The notes under the pieces were generated by a model, which made no database searches, was not told the origin of the DNA, and worked only from the letters and a program-made list of their open reading frames with translations. From the NCBI GenBank assembly GCA_034521595.1, contig JAXHMG010000003.1, positions 992,001 to 1,056,000 on the forward strand: a stretch of DNA of 64,000 bases. The letters are read 5' to 3'. Source of the DNA: Gemmatimonadota bacterium. Its GTDB lineage: Bacteria > Gemmatimonadota > Gemmatimonadetes > Longimicrobiales > Gaopeijiaceae. The position numbers and the translations under genes were made by a program. Shown here piece after piece: positions 45,601 through 54,937 of the stretch (within the stretch, counting starts at the first letter, position 1; each line of letters starts with the position of its first letter).

Positions 45601-46255
45601 CATCCTCACATCGGTGCTGATGTCCACGGTCGGGGTGCTCCTCGGTCTCATGCTCTTCCGGATGCCATTCGGCATCATCAACACCGGCGTCGGCATCATT
45701 TCCCTGGCCGGCATCGTCGTGAACAACGCGATCATCTTGATCGACTACATCGACGTGCTACGCACCAGAGACGGCATGAACCGGAGGGAGGCTCTGGTGG
45801 AGGGGGGCAAGACACGTTTCCGTCCGGTGGTCCTCACCGCGATCACGACCGCGTTGGGTCTCATCCCCCTCGCGATCGGCCTGAACTTCGACTTTTTCGG
45901 CCTCTATGGCTCACTCACGCCCGAGCTCTTCTGGGGTGGAGAGCAGGCCGCGTGGTGGGGACCGATGGCGGTGGCCATCATCGCCGGGGTGTTGTTCGCC
46001 ACCTTCCTCACGCTCGTCCTGGTTCCCGTGATGTATTCGTTGGTGGACGACTTCGCTTCGTTCTTCAAGCGGCACTACGTGTCCGGAGGCGACGAGGAAG
46101 CCGCTTCCGAGGGCGTGGGCGCAGCGGATCGCGGAGATGAGGTCGAGGCCCCGGTGGAGGGGCCGTGGGTCGAGGAGCCCGAGCCGGCCGGGGCACGGCT
46201 GGAGCGTGGTGGAGGTCGAGGGGGCGGTCTGGATCCTGCCCCGGAGCCGGGCTGA
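42689..46255 (+). CDS. RND efflux permease (AcrB/CzcA family)
   Basis: YPGVSP, GMLVDNAIVVVENI, GIVVNNAIILID, RFRPVVLTA. Confidence 0.95.
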   Translation: MADPRSTGGGNGTPTRGALARFKEFAPTRFAIEHKTSVVVLLVIVVVMGALAYRATPKESFPELPIPMIVVNTQYPGVSPADMESQVTRVIEEDLSTIGEIDELTSTSVEGYSSITAEFGTDIDLDEALQKVREKVDLAKPDLPSDVEDPSIVEFNFSEVPIMQVNLSGEYGLVRLKEIGEELQDRIEQIPAVLRADLRGGLEREVQVDVDLVRLQFYGVALADLVDAIRDENVNVPGGSIDVGSSKYLLRVDGEFTDPSHIEDIVVSMADGRPVYLRDIAQVDFGFAERETYARMNGNAVVTLDVVKRAGANIIETAAEVNAVIDEMDPLFPPTTAVEITSDQTEQIEQMVSSLENNILSGLILIIAVLLFFLGLGNSVFVAISIPSSMFLSFIVLNAMGISMNMVVLFSLILALGMLVDNAIVVVENIYRFLEEGWDRVEAAKKATGEVAWPIIAATATTLAAFTPLLFWPGEVGSFMGYLPTTLIITLTSSLFVALVIVPTLCAMFMKLEGTPRQPMTPAMRWTLVGGGVVLLLGIAGANPLTAVLIALTAGFLWALHKFLLGRFARTFQDRTLPYAVDGLYEPSLRWALRHRAAMLGGTFVLFAVTVMAFGRFNAGIEYFPESMPPAQLIVDIEAPVGTRAAVTDQIVQRIESSLEGFPGSRDWESVVAVTGSGGGGGGNFMAGGPDGPEGGRVTVSLVDFQDREVDAFDVLADLQASLGDDIAGATITVDKPQEGPAQGAPVSVEIVGEDPGNLKVLSDRVLTVLEDSDVYPKLVGLESDLDEARAELSIQVDRERAALYDLSTAAVGNAVRGAINGIEAAQYRTGNDEYDIIVRLAPEYRQDLESLRDLTVMAEGGIQVPLVQVADWSVQDGYGSIRRKDQERMATITSDVAAGFNSNAVLGEVRSVLSDFEESELPPGYTLRYTGQSEDQAEAQAFLGGAFLTALMLIAFILISQFNSVVKPVIILTSVLMSTVGVLLGLMLFRMPFGIINTGVGIISLAGIVVNNAIILIDYIDVLRTRDGMNRREALVEGGKTRFRPVVLTAITTALGLIPLAIGLNFDFFGLYGSLTPELFWGGEQAAWWGPMAVAIIAGVLFATFLTLVLVPVMYSLVDDFASFFKRHYVSGGDEEAASEGVGAADRGDEVEAPVEGPWVEEPEPAGARLERGGGRGGGLDPAPEPG

Positions 46256-46367
46256 GCGCCATCCCGGACTCTTCGCACGGGCCGTGGGTCGTCCCGGTTG
46301 AGACGAAACGGTAACATCGTCGAGCCCGGGGTTGCCTCGGCGGGGCTTCGTTTCGAACGTCAGGTCC

Positions 46368-46721
46368 ATGAACGATGCCACGACGAGTGATCTGAACGGG
46401 GCGAGCCTGGACGAGTTGGTCACATTGGCGAGCCAGGAGCCGGTGCTCGACGAGAAAGCCGAGGCCACGCTGGCTCGTCGGCTCTCCGAGGGGGAGACAG
46501 AAGCGCGCCAGCGCTTGCTCATGGGGAATCTTCGCATGGCGGTGGACGAGGCCATTCGTCATCGGGGCCTTGGAGCACCACAGAGCCAGCTCGTGCGAAG
46601 GGCGGTACGCACGCTCGCGACCGCGGCACGGGACTACGATCCGGAGCTCCATGGTCTCTTCTCCCGGTACGCCGGACGGTTGGTGCGGTCGGCACTGTCG
46701 GAGGAAGTGACCGAGTCGTGA
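46368..46721 (+). CDS. Truncated sigma70-like protein (regions 1.2-2 only)
   Basis: PVLDEKAEATLARR..EARQRLLMGNLRMAV..YDPELHGLFSRYA..VRSAL. Confidence 0.7.
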   Translation: MNDATTSDLNGASLDELVTLASQEPVLDEKAEATLARRLSEGETEARQRLLMGNLRMAVDEAIRHRGLGAPQSQLVRRAVRTLATAARDYDPELHGLFSRYAGRLVRSALSEEVTES

Positions 46722-46836
46722 TCCACCGGCCCGTACCGGAACCCGGTCTCGTCCCTTCACCGAAATGCGCGCGCGTGTTCTATTCTTTCCGAGGCTCTAA
46801 CGCAACGTAACTCGGTGGAACAGGACGACGGCCCAG

Positions 46837-47781
46837 GTGAGATTCTCGGGAAGCATCCGGGCGGCGACGGCGCTGCTGATGGTGGTGGGGCTGACGTGGC
46901 CGTCTCCCGCCAGCGGTCAGAACGCGCGCCAGGGCCTTTTGACGCTCGACGACGCGCGCCTGTTCTACGAGGTTCGCGGCTCCGGGGAGCCCATGATCGT
47001 GGTGCACGGAGGACCGGGACTGGATCATCGGTACCTCCGTCCGGGGCTGGACATTCTGGCGACCCGGAATACGCTGATCTACTATGATCAGCGCGGCACT
47101 GGCCGCTCGACGACCGACGTGGGCCCCGAGACCGTGACCCTGGAGGCGTTCGTCGGGGACATCGAAGCGCTTCGGCAAGCGTTGGGCCACGAGCGCATCC
47201 ACGTGCTGACCCATTCGTTCGGGTCCATCATCGGGTTGGCCTACGCTCGAGCCTATCCCGACCGGCTGCGCTCGCTCGTCTTGATGAATCCCGTGGAGCC
47301 CGGAGACCGCTTCAGCGCCGAGACATCCCGTCGACGGGCCGCGGCGCGCACGGAATCCGATTCCGCCGAGCTGGCGACCCTCACCACGTCGGAAGGGTTC
47401 GCGGCTCACGACCCGGCCACGCTGGAGCAGGTGTTCCAAGTGGCGTTCCGAGCCGCGATGCGGGATCCGGACCGTGTCGAGGAGCTCGATCTGGAGCTGA
47501 TGGACGCGACGGCCAGGAACGGGCAGGAGATCGCGGAGCTCCTCGGCGGCGAGGTTCGCCGTGAAGAGCCGTGGGACTGGCTGGAGGAAATCGAAACGCC
47601 CACCCTCGTGGTTCACGGCGAGGACGACGCACCCCCGATCGAGATGTCTGCCGAGCTGGCCGACCAGCTCCCGGCCGGGCGTCTCGAGGTTCTGGCGTCC
47701 GGACATTTCCCGTACATCGAAGCTCCGGACGACCTTCTCGCGGCGGTATCGGCGTTCCTGGCGGGGCTTCAGCCCCGATGA
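46837..47781 (+). CDS. Exported alpha/beta hydrolase (proline iminopeptidase-like)
   Basis: HGGPG, YDQRGTGRS, HSFG, SGHFPY. Confidence 0.88.
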   Translation: MRFSGSIRAATALLMVVGLTWPSPASGQNARQGLLTLDDARLFYEVRGSGEPMIVVHGGPGLDHRYLRPGLDILATRNTLIYYDQRGTGRSTTDVGPETVTLEAFVGDIEALRQALGHERIHVLTHSFGSIIGLAYARAYPDRLRSLVLMNPVEPGDRFSAETSRRRAAARTESDSAELATLTTSEGFAAHDPATLEQVFQVAFRAAMRDPDRVEELDLELMDATARNGQEIAELLGGEVRREEPWDWLEEIETPTLVVHGEDDAPPIEMSAELADQLPAGRLEVLASGHFPYIEAPDDLLAAVSAFLAGLQPR

Positions 47782-47993
47782 CGAGAGGCTCGGCGCTCGT
47801 GCGCGTCGGGATGGTGCTGGTGGCCTACGGGTTGGGCGTGCTTCTCATCTTGCCCCTGCTCGATACGGTGCAACGCGTGTTGTTCCTCCCGCCGCTCTTC
47901 GACCGGCTGGCGCGCGGGGGTCTGGTCGTGGGGGCTGCGGTCGCCGCGACGTTGGCGTGGCGCTACCCGGAGCTCGGAGAGGGGTCGGACTGA
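47778..47993 (+). CDS. Small membrane protein
   Basis: 71 aa with two hydrophobic segments, ATGA overlap with upstream gene. Confidence 0.55.
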   Translation: MTRGSALVRVGMVLVAYGLGVLLILPLLDTVQRVLFLPPLFDRLARGGLVVGAAVAATLAWRYPELGEGSD

Positions 47994-48469
47994 GCTGGAC
48001 TCAGGCGCCAACGGGCCGTCACCGTGGCGACGGCGTCGCCTTCGGCATCGAACACCTCCGCCGTGACCGTGTGCTCGAGCGGCTCCGTCACCGTCGGCAC
48101 GTGGACGTGCGCTTCGGCCCGCAGCCCACCTCGCGCCTTCTTCAGATAACGCACGTCCAAACCCGTGACGATGCCACGGACGGTGGGCGGTAGCCCGGTC
48201 AGAACCGCCAGGCCGGAGGCGAGCTCGCCGACATTCGCGATGGCGATGGCGTGTACGGAGTGGAGGTGATTGCGGACCCGGCGCCGGTCACGGATCCGTA
48301 GACGTGCATGTCCGGGCTCGAGCGCTTCGACAAGCGCGCCGACCGTGCCGCTGTACGGGACCATCACGCCGAGGGCGCGGCTGAACAGCCACGCCCCGCC
48401 CGGAAGTGGTGAAAGGCGCTGCCACAGGCGCAGGAGGCGAGGTCCGGGGGCGTCGGAGGAATGGGGCAA
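47963..48469 (-). CDS. Hotdog-fold thioesterase-like protein (DUF4442/PaaI-like)
   Basis: PYSGT, RNHLHSVHAIAIAN, YLKKARG. Confidence 0.85.
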   Translation of the reverse strand: MPHSSDAPGPRLLRLWQRLSPLPGGAWLFSRALGVMVPYSGTVGALVEALEPGHARLRIRDRRRVRNHLHSVHAIAIANVGELASGLAVLTGLPPTVRGIVTGLDVRYLKKARGGLRAEAHVHVPTVTEPLEHTVTAEVFDAEGDAVATVTARWRLSPAQSDPSPSSG

Positions 48470-48596
48470 GCCGAAAACTCCCGTGGTGAGCGAAGAAGGC
48501 CCCATCTTCGCCGGTATCCCGGTCGTGGGCAACATGTCGGGATGAACGGCGTCTCCGGGTCTTCCAACCGGCGCCCGACTCGACGATCGTGTCCGG

Positions 48597-50006
48597 ATGA
48601 GCACACCCGACCATCCCCTGCGCGCCGCCCCCGTCCGGGCGTTTCGTCCCGCCCCGGACGATCTCACCGCACTCTTCCGGTTGGCGTTTCCCGTGGCGGT
48701 GATCCAAGTCGGAATGATGGCCATGGGAGCGGTGGACACCGTGATGGTGGGACGGGTGTCGGCGACCGACCTGGCCGCGGTCGCCATCGGAAATCTGTAC
48801 TTCTTCGGGGTCGCGGTGTTCGGAATGGGCGTCCTCTTCGCGCTCGACCCCGTGGTGTCCCAGGCCGTGGGCGCCAACGACGAGATCGCGGTCGCGCGTT
48901 CCGTGCAGCGCGGGCTCGTCATCGCGGGCGGCCTCACCGTTTTGGCGACCGTCCTGCTCCTGCCCGCGGGCCCTGTTCTGGCTTTCGCCCGCCAGCCGGC
49001 GGAGGTGGTGCCGGTCGCCCACGGTTACGCGCACGCACTCGTCCCCGGGGTGTTCCCGTTTTACGCGTTCGTCGTGGTGCGTCAGAGCTTGCAAGCGATG
49101 GGTCACGTTCGTCCGATTCTGGTCTCGGTCGTCGTCGCGAACGTGTTCAACGCCGGCGCCAACTGGGTCCTGGTGTTCGGAAACCTCGGCATGCCGCCGA
49201 TGGGCGCCGTCGGCTCATCCTGGGCGACGAGCCTGAGCCGATGGTTCATGGCGCTGGTCCTCCTGCGGTTCAGCTGGCCGTTGCTCCGGTCGGCGCTACG
49301 GCCCCTCCGCCGAGATGCGTTCACGGCCGGTCCGCTGAGACGGGTGCTGAGCGTGGGTGTGCCGATCGGCGGGCAACAGCTTCTCGAATTCGGAGTGTTC
49401 GGTGCGACGGGCCTCCTCATGGGGTGGTTGGGAACGGTCGCGGTGGCGAGCCATCAGGTCGCGCTCCAGTTTGCCGCCTTGACCTTCATGGTTCCGTTGG
49501 GCGTCGCGCAGGCCACCAGCGTGATGGTGGGTCAGGCGGTCGGGCGGGCGGATCCACCGGCCGCGCGACGGGCGGCGGGCGCCGGGGGGATGATCGGTAC
49601 CGGATTCATGGTCGTCACGGCGGTGTTGCTCCTCGCCTTTCCGGAGACCCTCGCACGGGGCTTCAGTGACGACCCGGAGGTGATCCGCGCCGCGGCGATC
49701 CTTCTCCCGATCGCGGGGGTCTTCCAGGTCTTCGACGGGCTTCAGGTCGTGTCCTCCGGCGCGCTGCGCGGCATCGCGGACACGCGCGTTCCCCTGGTGC
49801 TGACGCTCGTCGGGTTTTGGCTGATCGGCCTGCCGATCAGCGGGTGGCTCGGCTTCGGCCTCGAGTGGGGAGCACCGGGCGTCTGGTGGGGATTGGCGAT
49901 CGGAATCGGTGCCGTCGCGCTGCTTCTGGTCGCGCGGGTGCGCACCCGGTTCGGTCGCGCTCTCCGGCGGCTCGCGATCGACGAGGTTCCGGATCGCGGC
50001 TCATGA
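48597..50006 (+). CDS. MATE-family efflux transporter
   Basis: DTVMVGR, SQAVGA, HQVALQ, FQVFDGLQ, GALRG. Confidence 0.95.
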   Translation: MSTPDHPLRAAPVRAFRPAPDDLTALFRLAFPVAVIQVGMMAMGAVDTVMVGRVSATDLAAVAIGNLYFFGVAVFGMGVLFALDPVVSQAVGANDEIAVARSVQRGLVIAGGLTVLATVLLLPAGPVLAFARQPAEVVPVAHGYAHALVPGVFPFYAFVVVRQSLQAMGHVRPILVSVVVANVFNAGANWVLVFGNLGMPPMGAVGSSWATSLSRWFMALVLLRFSWPLLRSALRPLRRDAFTAGPLRRVLSVGVPIGGQQLLEFGVFGATGLLMGWLGTVAVASHQVALQFAALTFMVPLGVAQATSVMVGQAVGRADPPAARRAAGAGGMIGTGFMVVTAVLLLAFPETLARGFSDDPEVIRAAAILLPIAGVFQVFDGLQVVSSGALRGIADTRVPLVLTLVGFWLIGLPISGWLGFGLEWGAPGVWWGLAIGIGAVALLLVARVRTRFGRALRRLAIDEVPDRGS

Positions 50007-50136
50007 CCCGTGGCCCTTTCGAGCCCGGCGAGCGAATCCCTGCTGCCGCCCCGGGAGGCGCCTTTCACGGGTTGCCGTGGGGTTGGGGCAGGACGAGGTT
50101 GTGCGCTCCTCCACTGTCCCCGCTACCCACCGGATC

Positions 50137-50703
50137 ATGTCCTTCACGTTCGATCCTCTGGAGATCCCCGATGTGGTATTGGTGCGTCCGACACGCCACG
50201 ACGATCGTCGTGGCTGGTTGAGGGAAACGTATCGACGGAGCGCCTTCGCGGCGGCCGGCATCGATGTCGATTTCGCCCAGGACAACCTGGTTCGTTCGGT
50301 ACGCGGGGTGTTGCGCGGGATGCACTTCCAGCTTCCGCCGGCCGCGCAAGGGAAGCTGGTGGGCGCGGCGCAGGGGCGAATCTTCGACGTGGCGGTGGAT
50401 CTCCGGGCCGATCGCGCGACTTACGGAGAGTGGGTGGGGCGAACGGTGGATGCGGAGGACGGCGCGCTTCTGTGGATTCCACCCGGGTTCGCGCACGGCT
50501 ACATGGTGCTCAGCGAGACGGCGCATGTGACCTACAAGGTCACTGCGGAGCATCGGGCGGATCTGAACCGGGGCTTCCGGTGGGACGACCCCGACGTTGG
50601 CATCGAGTGGCCTCTTGCCGACCCGATCCTCTCCGACCGGGATCGTGATTTGCCTCCGCTGAGCGAGTTGGAGTTTTCCTTCACCGAAACCGTGACGCCG
50701 TGA
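50137..50703 (+). CDS. rfbC: dTDP-4-dehydrorhamnose 3,5-epimerase
   Basis: DDRRGW, QDN, GVLRGMHFQ, DVAVDLR, PPGFAHG. Confidence 0.95.
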   Translation: MSFTFDPLEIPDVVLVRPTRHDDRRGWLRETYRRSAFAAAGIDVDFAQDNLVRSVRGVLRGMHFQLPPAAQGKLVGAAQGRIFDVAVDLRADRATYGEWVGRTVDAEDGALLWIPPGFAHGYMVLSETAHVTYKVTAEHRADLNRGFRWDDPDVGIEWPLADPILSDRDRDLPPLSELEFSFTETVTP

Positions 50704-51395
50704 GCCGGGCAGCGGGGTCTTCGGGCCGGGCGACGGGGACGGAGCACCGGATGGAGGTCCCGAAAACGGCCCGGTATCTGACACTCGGTCCGGACTCGGC
50801 TCCGGACGTGTGGATCGTGCTCCACGGGTACGGACAGTTGGCACGCCGCTTCCTGCGCCGATTCGAGCCGGTCGACGACGGCAGCCGGTATATCGTCGCG
50901 CCCGAAGCGCTCTCGCGTTTCTACGCGGAAAGCGAGTCCGGTCGTCACGGGCCGGGCTCGATCGTTGGCGCCACCTGGATGACGCGCGAAGCGCGGGACG
51001 ACGAGATCGCCGATTACGTCCGGTATCTCGACCTGTTGGCCGACCGCGTGCTCGGGAGGCACCGGCGGCTGACCGTGCTCGGATTTTCGCAGGGCGTGGC
51101 CACTGCCTGTCGGTGGACCGTGCGCGGGAACGTCCAGCCCGACCGTATCGTCTTGTGGGGGGATTTTCTCCCGCCGGACCTGGATTTCCAGGTAGCTCGA
51201 GAGCGTTGGGCGGCGGTCGAGACGGTACTCGTTCGGGGGCGGGAGGACCACGCTCTTCGCTCGAAGAAGCTGGCGGTCGAGGAGGCCGAGCGTGTGGAGG
51301 CCGCCGGGCTCGACCTACGGACCGTGCGTTACGAGGGTGGGCACGATATCGACGCGAGGGCGCTCGCCGGGCTGACGAAGCCGAGCTCGGAGTGA
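50700..51395 (+). CDS. Phospholipase/carboxylesterase
   Basis: LHGYGQ, APEALSRFY, GFSQG, GGH. Confidence 0.88.
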   Translation: MSRAAGSSGRATGTEHRMEVPKTARYLTLGPDSAPDVWIVLHGYGQLARRFLRRFEPVDDGSRYIVAPEALSRFYAESESGRHGPGSIVGATWMTREARDDEIADYVRYLDLLADRVLGRHRRLTVLGFSQGVATACRWTVRGNVQPDRIVLWGDFLPPDLDFQVARERWAAVETVLVRGREDHALRSKKLAVEEAERVEAAGLDLRTVRYEGGHDIDARALAGLTKPSSE

Positions 51396-51419
51396 GCGGA
51401 CTCCACGTCGGTTAGTCGG

Positions 51420-52430
51420 TCAAAAGGACCCCACGAACGTGATCTCCGGCTCGAGCTCGTAGCCGAGACGTCGGTGGACCGTTTCCTGTGCGAGATCGAT
51501 CAACGCCCGCACGTCGTCGGCCGTGGCTCCACCGAAGTTCACGATGATGTTGGCGTGCTTGTGAAAGATTCCGGCCGCCCCTCGGACGTGACCCTTCAGG
51601 CCGCATTCGTCGATGAGTCGGCCCGCGCCGACCCCTTCGATCTTCTTGAAGACGGAGCCGGCGCATGGATAGAGCCAGAGGTCGGGGTGCCGCGCATCCC
51701 GCCACTCGAGGTTCTCGCGAACGACGCGGCGGAGATCCTCGACGGACGCACGCTCGAGCTGGAAGGTGGCCGAGAGCACCAGGTCGTCCCGGTGGTGCAG
51801 GATGCTCTCGTCGTATCCGAACCGGAAATAGTCGACGTCGACCGTGCGGTGCTCGCCCTCTTCGGTGAAGATCTCCGCCGACTCCAAGATCTCTTCGATG
51901 AAGACCGTCCGCTCGCGTTCCGGGGCCGGAGAGAGAAAGTGGAGGTTCTGCCACAGCGCGCCGCCGACCGTGCTCGGGATGCCCACGAAGTGATGGAGCC
52001 CGGCCAGGCCTCGGCTGACCGTGAGATCGGTGAGCGTGGGATACGTCCGGACGCCGGCGCCCACGACAATCCGCTCGTCTTCGAGGATGTCCACACCGTC
52101 GATGTCGCACCGGATGACGAGACCGCGGAACCCCCGGTCCCCGACGAGGATGTTCGCGCCCGCGCCGAGCACGAAATACGGCACGCCCGATGCTCGAGCG
52201 GCCGTCACGGCTTCCACGAGCTCCGCGGGTGTGTGCGCCTGAACGAACAGGTCCGCGGGTCCTCCGATGCGGAAGGTGGTGTAGGGGGCGAGGGTGACCC
52301 GGCGCAGTATGCGTTCCGGCCCGAGGCGGGCTTCGAGCGCGTCGAGCGCGTTCGCGTCGACGGGTGTCTGCAAATCGGCTTCCTCGTCCGGCACGGAGTC
52401 GTGCCGTAGCGAAGGGTACGGGGCGTACAT
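51420..52430 (-). CDS. murB: UDP-N-acetylmuramate dehydrogenase
   Basis: TTFRIGGPAD, GAGANILV, GIPSTVGGA, AGSVFK, KHANIIVN, LEPEI. Confidence 0.93.
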   Translation of the reverse strand: MYAPYPSLRHDSVPDEEADLQTPVDANALDALEARLGPERILRRVTLAPYTTFRIGGPADLFVQAHTPAELVEAVTAARASGVPYFVLGAGANILVGDRGFRGLVIRCDIDGVDILEDERIVVGAGVRTYPTLTDLTVSRGLAGLHHFVGIPSTVGGALWQNLHFLSPAPERERTVFIEEILESAEIFTEEGEHRTVDVDYFRFGYDESILHHRDDLVLSATFQLERASVEDLRRVVRENLEWRDARHPDLWLYPCAGSVFKKIEGVGAGRLIDECGLKGHVRGAAGIFHKHANIIVNFGGATADDVRALIDLAQETVHRRLGYELEPEITFVGSF

Positions 52431-52590
52431 GGACTCGGGTCGCCCCCGGAATTCCTACGATCGAAGATCCTACTATAGCCGGCCACGCCACGCAGGGGTA
52501 CCGAAGCGGATGGCGTGCCGGTGTAGGCGCGCCTAGGTTCGGGACGGAATATGCGGTATCACCAGCCTTGTCGGAGGGGAGGACGCGACC

Positions 52591-53070
52591 GTGAGCACCA
52601 TGGCTTCGGATCTGGCACACGTCATCGCGCGAGAGCTCGACCGTGTCGCAGAGGAGATCTCGGCGTACCGGGACGAACGGAACCTTTGGGTCACCGAGGG
52701 TGCGCAGCGAAATGCCCCGGGAACCCTCGCGCTACATCTCGCGGGCAATCTCCGACATTACGTGGGCGCCGGACTCGGTGACACGGGTTACGTGCGTGAT
52801 CGTTCGGCGGAGTTTCACGATCGTGATGTGCCCCGGACCGTGCTTCTCGAGCGCCTGGCCGAGGCCCGGGACACGGTTCTGCGGGTCTTGGCGGCCGTCC
52901 CGGACGAGACGCTCCGCAACGGCCGCATCGCGGTCGAGGTGCCGGAAGCGTACCGGGAGCTGACACCCCACGGATACCTCGTGCACCTCACGTGGCATCT
53001 CGGTTGGCACCAGGGTCAGATCTACTACCATCGCCTCGCGGTGGAGCCCCCCGAAGCGTCTTCGCCGTAG
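52591..53070 (+). CDS. DinB/DUF1572-family protein
   Basis: NAPGTLALHLAGNL, YVRDRSAEF, HLGWHQGQI. Confidence 0.85.
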   Translation: MSTMASDLAHVIARELDRVAEEISAYRDERNLWVTEGAQRNAPGTLALHLAGNLRHYVGAGLGDTGYVRDRSAEFHDRDVPRTVLLERLAEARDTVLRVLAAVPDETLRNGRIAVEVPEAYRELTPHGYLVHLTWHLGWHQGQIYYHRLAVEPPEASSP

Positions 53071-53110
53071 CGCCCCCGACACCTCCGCTTCTGCACCACC
53101 CTGCCAGTGG

Positions 53111-53240
53111 TGTCCGGTTCCGGGACGGCGCGTCTCGGAACCGGACGCTCACGGCTCCGCGTATCGCACCGGCTCTCCGTTGCTCCCCGCCTGAAACCGG
53201 GCTTTCCGTCGTTCCGTAGGGTGTGGCACGTCCCTTTCAT
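53111..53240 (+). promoter_or_regulatory. Putative sigma54 promoter with upstream palindromic enhancer
   Basis: TGGCACG-tccc-TTTCA at 53224-53239 (-12 box imperfect); TCCGGTTCCGGGACG-gcg-CGTCTCGGAACCGGA dyad at 53113-53145; operon encodes a sigma54 activator. Confidence 0.6.
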
Positions 53241-53386
53241 AGGAAGGAGGACGTTCCCAGCGAGATCGGCTCGGCCGGAGGGGATGCACGGGTGGTGGTG
53301 TGGATGTCGGTGATCAACCTGCCGACTCCGGTCGGGCCCTCGAGGGAGTTCAGCGGTCTCGGAAATGACGGCGGACTCTTGGAAAA

Positions 53387-54919
53387 ATGTCGATGAATCG
53401 GGGTGGTGCGACGATGGGTGGAACACGGATCCTCAACGGGGGGCTCGCCCTCGGTTGCTGCCTTCTCGTCCTCGTATCGGGGGTCACGGCCCAGACGCGT
53501 GCCGAACACCTCACGCTCGAGGACGCGATCGAGCTCGCTCGGGCGAACAACCCGACGTTTCTCAGCACCGAGAACGACCGTGACGTAGCGAGCTGGCGAG
53601 AGCGGGAGGCTTACGGGGCGTTCCTGCCGAGAGTCGACGCCAGCGGGTCGGCCGCGTACACCAAGGCGGGGACTCAGCGCATCGGCACGCTGGATTTCGG
53701 GGCACAGGGCACGGACTGGTACTCGTCCTCATATAACCTGGGGCTCACGTGGACCCTGAGCGGGAACACGATCTTCGGTGTGTCGAACGCCCGTTCGACT
53801 CGCCGAGCGACCGAGGCTCGGGTAGACGCCGCGGAGTTCGACCTCCAAAGCCGGGTCGCGCTCCAGTACATGGCCGCCCTCCGGGCACGTGACCAGGTGG
53901 AGGTCGCTCAGCGGCAACTCGATCGAGCACGCCAAAATCGTCGGATCGTCGAAAGCCGCGTGTTCTCCGGGGACGCCGCGGGTACCGAGGGGACTCAGGC
54001 CGAGGTGGATCTCGGGCGCGCGGAGGTCGGACTCATCCAGGCCCAGCGGGACTTGCGCCAGGCCAAGCTCTTGCTGGCCGAGCAGATCGGCGTCGGACTC
54101 GATCCGGATGTGCGGCTTGTCGATGACTTCGAGGTGTTCGAGCCGACCTACGACGTCGAGGAGCTCGTGGCCTCGGCGGTGAGCGGGCACCCGTCGCTCG
54201 ATGCCTTCCGAGCTCAGGAAAGCGCTCGCCGCGCCGCGGCCCGGCAGACCGCGACCAGTCAGTATCTCCCCACCGTCAGGGTCTCGACCGGATTCAGGGG
54301 AAACACGCTACAGGCCTTGAACGAGGACTTCTTGCTCGAATCGGCGGAGGATCGGATACAGAGCCGGCGTGAGGAATGCGAGTTCGAAAATGCGGTCAGC
54401 TCGGGCCTCTCGTCCCCACTTCCGGGATATCCCCGCGATTGTTCGGAGCACGTCATGACCGAAGAGATGCGGCATGAGGTGATCGCATCCAATGACGTGT
54501 TTCCCTTCGACTTCACCGAGCTGCCCTTCGAGTTGCGACTGAATGTGTCGATCCCGGTGTTTACCGGCTTTTCCAGACAGCGACAAGTCGCTCAGGCAAG
54601 AGTGGACGCCGAAGACGCGGAGCACGACCGACGCGCCGAGGAGCTTCGCTTGCGCACGGCCGTGACGAGCGCCGCCGACGACCTGGAGTCCGCGTATCGG
54701 GTGCTGGAGACCGAGGAACGGAACCGCGCGCTCGCCGAAGAACAGCTTCAGCTCCAACAGCGCCGCTACGCCCTCGGAGCCGCGAATCTACTCGAGTTGC
54801 TGGACGCGCAGACGACCGTGACGACCGCCGATCAGGCGTATCTCAACGCGTTGTACGACTTCCATTTCAGCCTCGTCTCGTTGGAAGCTGCCGTCGGACG
54901 GCGGCTTCCGCGGGAGTGA
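53387..54919 (+). CDS. TolC-family outer membrane protein
   Basis: Signal peptide, LTLEDAIELARANNP, two OEP repeats. Confidence 0.9.
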   Translation: MSMNRGGATMGGTRILNGGLALGCCLLVLVSGVTAQTRAEHLTLEDAIELARANNPTFLSTENDRDVASWREREAYGAFLPRVDASGSAAYTKAGTQRIGTLDFGAQGTDWYSSSYNLGLTWTLSGNTIFGVSNARSTRRATEARVDAAEFDLQSRVALQYMAALRARDQVEVAQRQLDRARQNRRIVESRVFSGDAAGTEGTQAEVDLGRAEVGLIQAQRDLRQAKLLLAEQIGVGLDPDVRLVDDFEVFEPTYDVEELVASAVSGHPSLDAFRAQESARRAAARQTATSQYLPTVRVSTGFRGNTLQALNEDFLLESAEDRIQSRREECEFENAVSSGLSSPLPGYPRDCSEHVMTEEMRHEVIASNDVFPFDFTELPFELRLNVSIPVFTGFSRQRQVAQARVDAEDAEHDRRAEELRLRTAVTSAADDLESAYRVLETEERNRALAEEQLQLQQRRYALGAANLLELLDAQTTVTTADQAYLNALYDFHFSLVSLEAAVGRRLPRE

Positions 54920-54937
54920 GGTGACGACGGAGAAACC

